Below are positions 52,311 to 64,000 of a stretch of 64,000 nucleotides of DNA, one piece after another. How positions within the stretch are numbered: position 1 is the stretch's first letter; every line of letters starts with the position of its first letter. Source of the stretch: Sphagnum compactum (taxonomy: Eukaryota). The stretch spans positions 24,914,213 to 24,978,212 of the forward strand of contig OZ234493.1 of the NCBI GenBank assembly GCA_965153455.1, given 5' to 3'. A model generated the notes under the pieces. That model saw nothing but the letters and a program-made list of their open reading frames with translations, did not search any database and had not been told where the DNA came from. A program made the position numbers and the translations under genes.

Positions 52311-55300
52311 CTATGACTTGAAAGTGCTCTTCCACTGCTTGGAGAGTCTTGATAAGTTTTTCCTCACAGATTCTGGCATGTTACATCCACTTATTGAGAT
52401 CTCAACTGGTTCTGGTAGAACACCAGAATTCTCAGCCTTGTTTGTCACAGCTGAGTCCACTGACTCCTTGATCTGTTCCAAGGGTATCATCTGCAGGCCC
52501 AAGCACAATTGTTGTTTTTTGCCCATCAGCTCATGAACTTTCCTTCTGAAATCGCATGGTTAAAAACCCAAACTCCTAAGACTCTATTTCCCCAACTCAT
52601 CATGGAGGTCCTTATCTTTCCTTTCTTCTTGTACAGCAGCCCAGACATGGTGCCATTGCCAATAATTGCAAGGCCTTAAGTTGGTTAAAAAGAATGGCAG
52701 ATATGTCTGTCTTCATTATTAATCTTCACCTAAATAGCAGGCAATCCAAAAGTGATTGCAAGACAAAACAAAAATAGAAGAGGCTCAATCCACTAACCAG
52801 AGTTTGCAAGTGAGCGCAATTGGTGAAGAGCATGCGACGCAGTAAGGGAGAGTAAAGGAAGACTTCAACCAAGTTCTTGCACCCACATGCCTCCACCACC
52901 TTCAACACCCGAGAGTATGCATTCAGCCTGCATTTACATATCCGAATTCCACCCCACACTTATTCCAGTAACTACAGATAGACACAAGAAGATTGTTAAC
53001 TCCCTGCTAGAGTATCCAGCTAACAGCACAATGTCTGTTATGTCTAACAATGCCAAATGTAATCAATACATTACACAGTCTGCAAAAATCACTGGCATAT
53101 TCAGCCAATGTTGTGCTGTATTTAAGACATGAGTAGAGAGAAGAGAAGACTGACCTTCTGAGGGATGAGCAGCCAGAAACTTCCAGATGCAATAGAGAAG
53201 CTTGTGGAATGTGAATTCTTTCCAGTCGTTCACAACCTCCACATCGAAGGTCCTGAAGGCCAGTGGCCAACTCCAGGATATTTGAAAAAGCAGATTGTGT
53301 AAATGACCGGCACCCTGTTACATTCAGATTCTTCACAGTACTACAACTGAACCTCCCCAATGTCTCCAAGTTGTCTGGAAAACACATCACCACACAAGAC
53401 CAGAGAATCTGAGACTTTGAGATTGCTGCTATTGGTGCTGACCTGAAAGAAAATATGAGACACTGTATTCATTCTACAGGACAAAAGAAAACCCCAGGGC
53501 AAATAGGTTGGATGGAAAAACTACAGTTTCAACTGAGCAACCATGCATACCTCACAAACTACTTATCAGATCAAACAATAATTAAAGTCTGGACCACAAT
53601 AAGATCTTGCCTACTAGTACAGTAATCCTCACCATCTTGCCATCAGGGTTCATCATTGCTACCCACAGTCGAGGTGATCAATTGACCTTCTATGGTCTGG
53701 ACAGATCTCAGGAGAGAACCTTTCACAAGAAGAAACAGACTTCTCTGTGGTGTGGCTAAGAGCAGTTGGTCATACCGCAAAGAGAGAGATTGAGAGAAAC
53801 AAGAGCAGGACACTTGAGGTGAATGCGGGTAAGCTTCTTGCAGTTTGACAAGTTCAGGCTTTGCAAATGCGGCCCCACCAGATGCAAGTCTTCAAGCTGG
53901 AGAAACAGTTGCAATAAGTCAGCCTCTCTGTGTTTGGTGGACTGGAGAGAGGGTATAAAGGCAAGCATCCTTTGCAGGCAATGGAAACAGCTCTGCTGTG
54001 TTGCAAAGTCAAGATCAGCTTCTCCTCAAAAGGGCAATCCTGAATGGAAAGTGAGAATATGTCTACAAACACGAGCAACTCGTCAAGGGATTTGAAGCAA
54101 TCAGGGAACACAACCAAGCTGACCTTTGGACATGCTGCGAGGTTAAGTTGTTGAAGGTTGCCTTCACGAGAAAGTTGCAATACCAAGCGGCTGATGTTAG
54201 GTAACTGCGTTGCTGTCAAGATTGCCAATTTTGATATTGGTGGAAGTTGCAGTCCATTGGTTGTCACTCCAATGCACCGAGAGATATCCAGAGAGAAGAG
54301 AGATGACCTTGATGCACCCCGTAGTAATGCCTGCAACCACAGAAATGTGACTCAGAATGAAAAGATACACTTGGTGAGTTAAACAGCAATTATTCAGCTA
54401 GAAGCTTGTTGCTAAACGTGTTGTATTGTCTATCATGAGGACTGAAAAGAGGGGAAGGTGACAAGCCATCAGTAGATCAAACTAACACATGTGAATGCTA
54501 CAGAAAAATAATAGCAATATATGCATGTGAATATTCAGCAGAGAAACAATGTTGGCAACTACAAAGTCATATATATGAGACTGCAGAGAAACCAAAAAAC
54601 TACCATTGCATGAATGAGTGGCATCATAACTTTATGAGTGTCTCTCACAAAGTATCAGACAAATCTCATCAAGTCTCTAACAATCACCTTCATCAGATAG
54701 CAGTCACTACCTGCCATTCCTCCCCATTGATTTCATCAGATCCCAAAAGTGGGTGTAGATAGGTGAACAACAATCTGCTCAAATTTATGGGCAAAAACAA
54801 TTACAAAAAACCTGTGTCCTGAGTCTCTTGTATTTCTGGAAGCAATGATGGAAGACCCAGTCATGATGTTGGCTAGCAGTCAACCGACATAAAATAGTGC
54901 CTTAGCTTTGCACTAGATCCTTTCAACCAGGTTTACTTCCATAGCAGAGAAAATGTGCGAAAAACTAACCAGGGATATAATAGAACTAATAGAAACAAGG
55001 GAAGAATCATACACAGCTCCACGAACCCTAACCACAGATAGCCAGGGCTTGTGGAACCCACTGATAAGACTTGTGCTTGCTAAGCACTCAGGTTGAATGG
55101 AGCCAGAGGAGATTGAGGAACAAGAAGGTGGAAGAAGAGAAGCCCACAGAATTGCAGTACTTCACAAGGGCTTACTCCTGTAGTGAGGCTCACCTTGATA
55201 GCAATCTTGAGCTTTCCAAATTCCTCTAAGAAACTATTCACACAAGCTTTGACTTACTCTGCATAATTTGCTGAGAATTGCACCTGAGCAAAGCTGGGAT

Positions 55301-58300
55301 TTTAGATTCAGCCTCAAAACTCTTAACAAAGTAAAGGCTCAGGGATGAGGTCTTCTGATGCTTTTGGAAGGGCCTTCCTTTGACTGTTTTAACCCTTGGT
55401 TCAAGCCTGAAAAGAGTACCAGAGAAGAGGAGAGAGAATGAGAGACAAGGAGACACCTGCACGCCTTTGTCAGAAATCTGACTGCAACCAGCAACACAGA
55501 TAAGTCTTAAACCTGGAGGCTCCATCTCCAAACACCTGTCCCCAGTGGAAGTACTTTGAGCTGACCCAGGAGTCTCTGGATTATTATACTCCAGTGATGT
55601 TGGTGAAGTATCTCTAAGCTTGCCATTCTTCATCACTGCACCAATTTGTGAAGCACGGAATCCAGTTGGCAAGCGTGTTGAACCTAGCAGAGATCTAATT
55701 GCATTCTCACCATGTCTATGCTCAGAACTGATCCTTGGAGAGAGATTACTGTCACTGAGCAGCTTGGGTGTTCTGTCAGGATTGTTGGAGATCATGAAAA
55801 TGGCAACATCAGTCTGGGTGGTACTGAAGGCTTCTGCTGGCATGTCTGATATTTCAAGCCTCTGGTCAATAACTTGTGTGGCACCCCCAACTCGAATGGC
55901 TTTTGAATCTTTGAAATCACTCATCAAAGCATTGTAATCCTTCAAGTTGTTGGCTGGGGAGCCATGAACATAAACATTTTGCCGAGTGGCAAGCTTTTTG
56001 TTGCCTTGGGACAAAACATTGAAGTTGTAGTAATCAATCCCAGTTGAACCAGACTGCACTACCACAGGTGCCTTGCTAGCAGTGGGAGAATCAAGATGGA
56101 AGTCTGTTGACAGGCTTGGGCTGGCTTGTCTCACAATATCTGTTCTGTGTGCAGAGTTCATTTGCAGGACATCCATCAACTGAGGAAGATCATGGTTTGA
56201 GTTATCAATCTCGTCCAGGACATAGCGCCTATACCTCTCACTCCATTTGTCCTTGTGTATGCCCCCTGGCAGTGATTCATCCAAAACCTCGACAATTCTG
56301 CTTTTGCCTGCTACAGAGCTACCGTTAGAACACAGAGGTAAATCACCCTGACTACTACCAATCCCAGGGCAGCTAGTTGGAGAAGGGTTTGACTCAGGCA
56401 CTACAACACCTGTCCAATCTATTCTGGGTAGGGAAAATGCTGCACTACTTTGTGACCCATTTGCTACATCTAGATATTCATTTTTTCTGTCTGTTTCAAG
56501 GGTGTCAGTGCTTGGTGGGTAAGATCTATCATCAGAAACAAGTGCATTTGCTGCAGCCTGAGCATAACTTCTTGAAGGCATACTGCTCTGAAGAGGTGAA
56601 CTCTGTTTCTCTAGCCTGAAATGGTGCTCGGTGTTTCCAAGCAAAGTTCCTGTATCACTATTGGAGATGTTAGTTTCACCTTGAAGAGAACAAGGAGATG
56701 GGGATGCTAGTGCTGCCCAAAGCCTTGTCTCTGACATGCTTGGGTTCCTGTTTTCAACTTTTGTGCGAGTGCTATATAAGGCCTTTGGCTTAGGCTGTGG
56801 GCTCAGTTCAGGCCAGGAACAAACAGAACTGTTTTCAAGATTCTGATTGTCTTGATCTTCTGGATTTTCAGCAATAGCAAGCTCTTCATCTTCATCAGTT
56901 GGAGCAACAGCACCTGCCACAGCTTGTTCATTAGGAGCCTCTCTGGTCTGTCGATAACGAGAGAGGGTGATCAAGCCAGCATCTGAGATGCCATGACAGT
57001 TTGCCAAATTGACATCCTCCAGCTGCAAGAACACAAAAAACCACGCAAGACGGGTCACAGGCCCATTGCTACAGCTAAACAACTCTCCTTGCATCCTTGT
57101 TCTGAAAAGAATACAAAGAAACTGTTTTGACATAACAAGGTATTCTCTACAACATGACCATTTTCAAAACACCACACCTGCAAGATGAAAACACATGTAC
57201 ATTCAAGTGCAAATTTTGTCTTACCCTGGAATGCAGACTGCAAAGTGCATTCACATCAGCATCCCCCACAAATTCGCAGCTTCTGAAATCGACAGACTCT
57301 AAAGACCGCCGGTGGCTACCTCCTGCTGCTGCTGCAAGGATTGGGATGAACTTCTTCAATTTCCCACCTGAAATCACACAACTAGCAATGAACCAAGAGA
57401 TACCACAAAAAAAAAGTGCAGCACACTGACCAGATTATTGTCTATTTTTCAAAACATTTTGAGGAACAGAATTCAATGTAGCATAATTGACTAGATCAGT
57501 GCAACAACAAACTCATATGATGGTATAAAAGCTTACTGCATCGCCTGAAGCTTAGGGACCTTAGGTTGGTATGAGAAGCCACCTGCACATCAGCCACTAT
57601 CACTCTTCAGTCTCCTCTAAGTTTTGCTGGCATCTCTCCACAAAAGATACAAAAAGAATGGCTGAGTTCAAGTACCAAGCCTTGCAATGCCGATGGTGAC
57701 AGATCTGGTGGCAAGACAAGAAGCTGAACCGTGTTTCTCACATTCTTCACGCCTTCATTGAATTCCTTTGAAACCTGCTAACACCCCAATTTACCAAAGG
57801 GTACCTCAATCCAGGAACTACTACTACCATTAGAGCCTACATACTGTTACTTTCATGCAAGTCCTGAGCAAAGTTGAGAAGACCCATCAACTCCCACAAA
57901 ACGCCTGAATAAAAGAGGGGAAAACAAAGGTCCATTGAAAATCTTTGATGCCCTGAACTTCTAGATTCTCAAGAAGTGAGACACACACTATTCTGATCTG
58001 CATGGCAATATCAGAAGAGGGCAATAAGATTCAGTAAAGACTCGAACAACACCACCTCCCCTGCCATATCCTGTTGAGTGCAGGATTGGATCAAGACTTG
58101 ATGCTATCTGACAGAAGTGGCAATGGGCAATAAGGCAATTGTTATAGTCACGAATCAATCAATCAATTGGGGAGAAGACATGAAGAAAGGGACACGATGA
58201 AATCACCCTAGCAATTCGCGCAGCTTCTTTGTTGGTCAAGCGGGATAGTATCAGAGATTTGCATTCTTCCGGAAGTGCATCCCACATGTTCAACCCATTA

Positions 58301-58314
58301 TCATTCTCCTTCAT
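52311..58314 (-). CDS. F-box/LRR (cysteine-containing LRR) protein with a very large low-complexity insertion; ~10 coding exons
   Basis: Exon 1 MKENDNGLNMWDALPEECKSLILSRLTNKEAARIAR|VSKEF is an F-box. LRRs: LRSLSFRRC, LESVDFRSC, LEDVNLANCHGISDAG, LRLICVAGCSQISDKG, LFSLDISRC, LQQLNLAACPKL, LQSLNLSNCKKL, LNVTGC, LEVSGCSSL, ISISGC. TAG at 52311-52313; GT-AG phases consistent. Confidence 0.88.
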
Positions 58315-58740
58315 TTTTGCCAACTACAACAAGCATGTACAGTGCTCTTTTTATTCTTCCACCCTTGTGGCACAGCCTTAAACCATACCTGCACAATTCC
58401 TGAGCATAATAATAAGAACAATTTGCTCAAGTCCAAGCAAGTGCATAAAGCTCTATTTCATGAAGCCCATACTACTGCTAGGTGTCGTGTATCCTGCAAC
58501 AAGTCAAGAGTTACTGCCAACACTGCAGTGGAATTGCTGCTGGTTTGTGCACAAACGAACGAGCTTTAAATCCACAATTGCTCATGAAGCACACCTATTG
58601 TTGTATTACTCTTGTTGAACATCAAATGAAGAGCACAGTCAAACACACGAGCCAGAAGCTTTCAGGAGATATGAATTCAACACACACACCAGCAGGAGTT
58701 TTACTCTACCAAAAAAGCTTCAATCTTTTGTCAGAGGAGG

Positions 58741-58762
58741 GAGAGAGAGAGAGAGAGAGAGA
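58741..58762. repeat. (GA)n microsatellite
   Basis: Perfect GA run directly visible. Confidence 0.95.
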
Positions 58763-58999
58763 TTACATTCGATGAAGAATTTGGTACCTTACCAGGGAAA
58801 AAATTGAAGAAGATTCAGAAGCTCTGTTTTAAGGTCAATCTGACACCGAAAGCAACAGGAAGAAAAATAGAGAAAGGAATGGCATGCATCCAAAGGAGTT
58901 CAGAAGTCCAACATAATGAAGCATCTGAAACCATTGCGAAGTTCTTTCTAGTTCCATTCTTTCTAAGCTATACAGGACGGATCTTTCCTCGTCTTCAAC

Positions 59000-60104
59000 A
59001 GAGAAGAAATCGACAAACATGAGAAATGTTTCGCATAAATTCGAGATGATGAAGAGGACAAGACAGACAGGCTGACTTTGAGCGGCTGGCGATGCAAGGC
59101 AGAAGCAATTTCAGCTTCACACTTGGAAGGATTCTTGACACAGTCGACATTTGAGAAAAGCAAGCACGCACGCACGCACGCGAACAACCGGGAGGGACAG
59201 AATAGGCGGCACTTACACCACAGATCTTGACGCTGCTTGCTTGCTGCCGAAGTTGCTGAAGTTTGTCTCCGCAATTGTGAAGAAGAAAACACGATTTGAT
59301 GATGTGCATGCATGCGTCTAGGAGAAGGCTATTGTGGAACGCTCGCCAGAGTACAGGCTCTCCGAGGTCGGTCGGTCGGTCGTGGAAATGGCGGAGAGAA
59401 GAAGAGGATGTAAACGGTGCTTGGTGCAGGAAACCCTGGGAATCTGCGCCCGTTTCCACTACTGCCTACGCCTGGCACCATCAACAACGACCGATAATCA
59501 TCTTCCCCAACAACAAACAAACAAACAAACAACACGCGCTTTCCTTCCTTCCTTCCTTCCTTTTCACATACTTTCTTTTGTTTCTGCGACCAGCCAGAAG
59601 AAGCTTCAGCCCTAGAGTGAGAGAGAGAGATCCGCGACACAACAGAAGACTCGGCGGAGACGGAAAACAAGCTTCTCCATCGTCACAGAAAACGTGCGAC
59701 AAATCTTTTCTCTCTCTGTGTGCAGCATCCCGCCACGACGACGACGCGCAATCACAAGTGCTGATGAGATCCTCCTGTCTTGCTATTATTGAAGCATTCG
59801 GATCGCATTCTTGTGTCCAGTTTTGTCTCTTGCGCGCGGCGGCAAGCAAGCAAGCAAGCTCTCTTCCGGTTGTGTCGGAATTCCTGAGATTGGCAATCTG
59901 CATTCGTTGCCATGCTTAGATACTTCATGAGGCAGCGAGCTGATTCTCGTTCGCCGTGCGATTTCTCTTCGGTCTCGTTTGTGTGTGTGTGTGTTTTGGA
60001 GCTCGTCTCTCTTCTAGTGCGCGAATTTGTCAATCGAGCGAGGAGTGGAGGGAGGAGGAGAAGGAGCTGTGGTTTCTTCTTCTTCGGGAAACCTTTTGTT
60101 TATC
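59000..60104. promoter_or_regulatory. CpG-rich, microsatellite-rich region between the divergent F-box/LRR and PPR genes (putative bidirectional promoter and 5'UTRs)
   Basis: Genes are head to head (ATGs at 58314 minus and 60105 plus). High CpG density, with (GCAC)n, (CAAA)n, (TTCC)n, (GA)n and (GT)n runs. Confidence 0.55.
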
Positions 60105-62340
60105 ATGGCGATGCGAGAATTCGCCCCTACGGCAGGACGCTTGAGCATTCGCTTCTCAGGTAAGAACAAGAAGAAGGAGAAGGATAATCGATTTCCCTCG
60201 GTAGCAAGCCTCCAATCAAGTTCTCTGTGCAATGCAATTCTGTGCATTGCGGTATTGAGGTTGTATCAGTAATGTTTTCTCACCAACAGTTTCCCTGTTT
60301 CCGTGCTCCTTGGTTCGTGACAGGCAACAACAGCAGCAGCAGAAGGAGAAAGACTGTGGAGCAACTGTGGCGGGAGTTCTTCTCAGATCCTTCACAATGG
60401 TGGGATCATAGATCGGAGAAGGTAAGAGGAAACAAAACCCTAAACGGTCATTTGCATCTCTCTACATTTTGTTCTTGCTCATGATGAATGCGGGCACTGC
60501 ACTGCACTGCGTGCACACATGGTTAGGGTATATGAGATGATGATAATCCAGTAGCAGCAGAATTTCTCCTCTCTGTTTCTAGAGGAATGCAAGATATCCG
60601 GATTTCAAGCACAAGACAACAGAGAACAAGGTGCTGTGGCTCGACGACAACTTGAACAATCCTGCATGGGTGCAAGTGGAGCTTGCAGCAATGGCACCAG
60701 GAAGTGTACAAGCAAGCAATTTCTCATTCAACCTAAAGCTTGCCAAGTATGTGAAGGCTGGGAGACATGCAGAGACATTAAGGCTGTTTCAACAACTGCA
60801 ACAAGAACAAGGCATGATTCCCGACAGGTTCAGTTTTGTTCCAGTACTCAATGCATGTGCTGGCTTACGAATGCTTCTGCACGGCAGATGCATCCATGTG
60901 CAGATCATGCAAAGCGGGTGTGAATCAGATGTCTACATTTGTAATAGCCTTGTTGATATGTATGCTAAATGCGGGAGCATGGAGGATGCTGAGAGAGTCT
61001 TTGACAAGATGGGTAGTCGACGTGGTTCTGTTGCTTGGAATGCACTGATTTTAGGACATGTGAAATGTGGGCAAGCAGACAAGGCATTAGCATTGTGTGA
61101 ACAAATGCAACAGGAAGGTGTGGCACTGGATGCCATCACTTTTGTTGGCATTTTGAATGCGTGTGCCAGAGTTGCAGCTCTTGAGAAGGGCAGGTGTGCT
61201 CATGCTCAGATCATTGAGAATGGCTTTGAATCAAATGTATTTGTTGGTAGTAGCCTTGTTGATATGTATGCTAAGTGTGGAAGCCTGGAAGAAGCGCAAA
61301 GAGTGTTTGACAGCATGCCCATCCACAATGTAGTTTCATGGAATGCTATGATTTTGGGACATGTGAAAAATGGACATGGGCGGAAGGCATTGGAAATGTA
61401 TCAGCTAATGCAACTGGAAGGGCTGAAGCCAAGCTCTGTCACCTTTGCAGCAGTGCTCAATGCATGTGCTAGTGTAAAGGTGGCAGTTGAGGAAGGCAGG
61501 TACATTCATGAACAGGCTATCCTACATGGCTGTGAGTCTGATCCTGTCGTGGGTAATTGCCTCATTGACATGTATGCCAAATGTGGGAGTATGGAGGATG
61601 CTTGGAGAGTTTTCAACAGGATGCAGAAACCACACAGTGTCATCTCTTGGAGTGCAATGATTCTGGGATATCTGAAACGTGAGCAAGGGCACAAGGTATT
61701 GGAACTATCTCGGGAAATGCAACGTGAAGGGGTGCAGCCAGACCCTGTCACCTTTGTGGGATTGCTGAATGCATGTGCTACTGTAGTGGCACTTGAAGAA
61801 GGACGGCATTTTCATGAACAGATTATTGATCTTGGGTGTGAGTCTGATCACTTTGTGGCTAGTAGCCTTGTTGATATGTATGCCAAATGCGGGAGCATAT
61901 ATGAAGCACAAATGGTGTTCAACAGGATGTCCTCACCCAATGTGGTGTCTTGGACTGTCATGCTTCAAGGATATGCCACACATGGGCTTGCTAAGGAAGC
62001 ACTTGCACATTTCAAACAGATGTGGCAACAAGGTATTGTGATAGATAAGGTCACTTTCATTGCTCTTCTGTCAGCTTGTAGCCATGCAGGTCTGGTCCAT
62101 GAAGGCCTAGACTACTTTGAATCAATGGGTTCACTTTACCGTGTTTCTGCAACCATGGAGCATTACGCCTGTGTGGTTGATCTTCTTGGCCGTGCTGGCC
62201 ATCTGCAGGAGGCAGAGGATTTCATTAATGCAATGTCTTGTGCACCAGATACTTCAGTGTGGACAACATTGCTTGGTGCTTGTAGAATTCATGGTAATGT
62301 GGAGATGGCAGAGCGCATCACTAAAAGAATAGTTTGTTGA
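60105..62340 (+). CDS. PLS-class PPR protein (15 motifs plus truncated E1) with putative organellar transit peptide and an N-terminal OSB/PTAC9-type PDF motif
   Basis: Proposed exons 60105-60159 (less certain), 60270-60421 and 60583-62340. The spliced product reads ...EQLWREFFSDPSQWWDHRSEK|RNARYPDFKHKTTENKVLWLDDNLNNPAWV, then (P-L-S)x4, P2-L2-S2 (FIALLSACSHAGLV, EHYACVVDLLGRAG) and E1 start VWTTLLGACRIHGNVEMAE. TGA ends at 62340. Confidence 0.88.
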
Positions 62341-62570
62341 AAATGCTACAGGCTGCTATCCAGCATCTATACTGTGGCTGGCAAGTGGGATTGCAGTGTA
62401 CAATGGTCAAGAACGGACTGGAAAGGAGCATGCAAAGACAGCTGGAGTGAGTAATGAGGTTTGTTGCATTCATCTGTAGTGGACCAGAAAGGCAATCATT
62501 ATTTCAAATGATTGAAATCCAGGCAGAACTAGAGAGATTGTCTGGGATGATGAATGATGCTGAGTATGTG
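62341..62570 (+). pseudogene. Frameshifted remnant of the PPR E1/E2/E+ extension downstream of the stop codon
   Basis: Fragments in shifting frames: ENATG, LLSSIYTVAGKWD, VSNEV, QMIEIQAELERLSGMMNDAEYV. These are typical E2/E+ motifs. No DYW HSE/CxxC motif follows. Confidence 0.8.
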
Positions 62571-62880
62571 TGCTAGGTGGGTTGAAAATTACAAATTCCT
62601 ACTGCCGATCCTTCCATTTGAGACACCTAAAATCCTGCAGAATACCTGGGTACAGTCCTTTATGGATGAGCTGTGGTCTGCTATAAAATAGTGCTTTGGT
62701 TCCCCACAACTTGCAAATCCCTCAAAATTGGCATTTCCTGCAAGCCGAATTCTGCAATTCAAGAAGCCTGAAAAGTGGCAGAATCTGCCCCTCAATATCC
62801 TTTGCCTATATGAGATGGGCTCCAAGTAGGTCCATTCCTGCTTTCTCAACACCAACAGCTTGGCCTAGTAACAGCTTCAG

Positions 62881-63050
62881 TGGCATCTCTCTGGTCTTGG
62901 TTCACAAGGTGTAATGCTCTGTTGGCATCTCTCTGTCTGTGGTTCACAAGGTGTTATGCTCCATTGGCATATGTGCACCCTCAGTTCACAAGGTGTAATG
63001 CTCTGCTAGCATCTCTCCACCCTCGGTTCACAAGGTGTAATGCTTTGCTG
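62881..63050. repeat. Tandem repeat, 4 x 42 bp
   Basis: TGGCATCTCTC(variable)GTTCACAAGGTGTAATGCTCTG unit starting at 62881, ~62923, ~62965 and ~63007. Confidence 0.9.
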
Positions 63051-64000
63051 CCTTACAAGATGCCGGAGCATTACGTTACACTTCTTGTATTTTTGTATAG
63101 GACAAGGGTTTATCTTTCGACCCTTCCAGAATTTGAGGTACCTGCCATGAGGCAACAATGCAGGAGAAAGGCATATCTTTGGACCCCGGAATTTGAGGTT
63201 CCTGTCATGACTCATGAGGCCAGCCAGCTGAGTGGAGCGCACTGAAATTTTTAGGGCGTAGCTTGTACTTTCCACCTGGTGCTGGTTGAGGCTAGATTTT
63301 TGCATTAATGTCTTGTAAAAAGACATTGATTGTGCCCTCACTTTCAATTTTGAATGCTATTGTCATTTTTGCTCAAAACTATTTGCTGCAAGGAAATAGA
63401 TGAACTATGGGGAACCATATGGGAACATACAAGGGGAAAAAAAAAACCCAAAAAGGAGATGGAGGATTTTGCTTAGTTCTTTCGGCAAGGGCAATTACAT
63501 TCATGTTTGTAATTTTGCAAGTGGAGCATTTCAATTTGAGCCATTTGGTTTGAATGTTCACGTGATGGTTGTTTTCATGATTCAATGAATATGACACAAA
63601 AGAAGGTGGAATGTTTTGGATAGCCAAATGCCACCCATGTTAATATATTTGCTTTGTGGCATCTTAGCAAGCAAGTCCACTTGTATTGTTAAACTTTGGG
63701 AACTTGGCCGATTGCTTAATTTTGATGTATTCATCACAACTTTTAACCAAAATGTAGTTTACATCAAATTTGAAACAAATTAATAATTAAAAATCTTGTG
63801 GGTTTTGTAAGTGTTTAGGTTTTAAAGTTTTGTCTAGTTCATGGGATGAATCTAGGAAAGGATATGATAGTCTAGAGTCCTTCCCTACAATTTTGGCAAA
63901 CCTAAGAAATGGTATAATGTTTCTTGTATAGAATTTCAAAGAATTTAAAAACCCACATATCCTAATATTCATATTTGAAAAACTAATAGTAAAATTCAGG

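Noticed and set aside
62881-63050. CRISPR-like repeat/spacer appearance
   Set aside because: The variable parts are only ~10 nt and related to each other, the context is eukaryotic and there are no cas genes; it is a tandem repeat.

Overview
Eukaryotic, intron-rich, AT-rich land-plant nuclear DNA; gene content and style suggest a bryophyte such as a Sphagnum-like moss (inference). In order, the window holds: (1) the last two exons of a CtpA/S41 C-terminal processing protease; (2) an intron-containing FAD-oxidoreductase/Rieske [2Fe-2S] gene of the bacterial YhfW type, disabled by one frameshift and two in-frame stops; (3) an intact ~19-exon NUP214 on the minus strand; (4) a ~20 kb transposon graveyard with telomere-like repeats, a Helentron-type EEP endonuclease relic, a PIF/Harbinger relic, a fold-back MITE and several tandem repeats, interrupted by a secreted Cys-rich protein gene flanked by inverted repeat copies; (5) a telo-box minisatellite followed by an AGD14-like ArfGAP; (6) an F-box/LRR gene with a ~480-aa insertion; and (7) head-to-head with it, a PLS-class PPR gene. 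The PPR gene is the most unusual item: its N-terminus carries an intron-split OSB/PTAC9-type PDF ssDNA-binding motif, and its E/E+ tail has decayed. Exon boundaries were read by eye from GT-AG sites and frame continuity, and no database searches were run.
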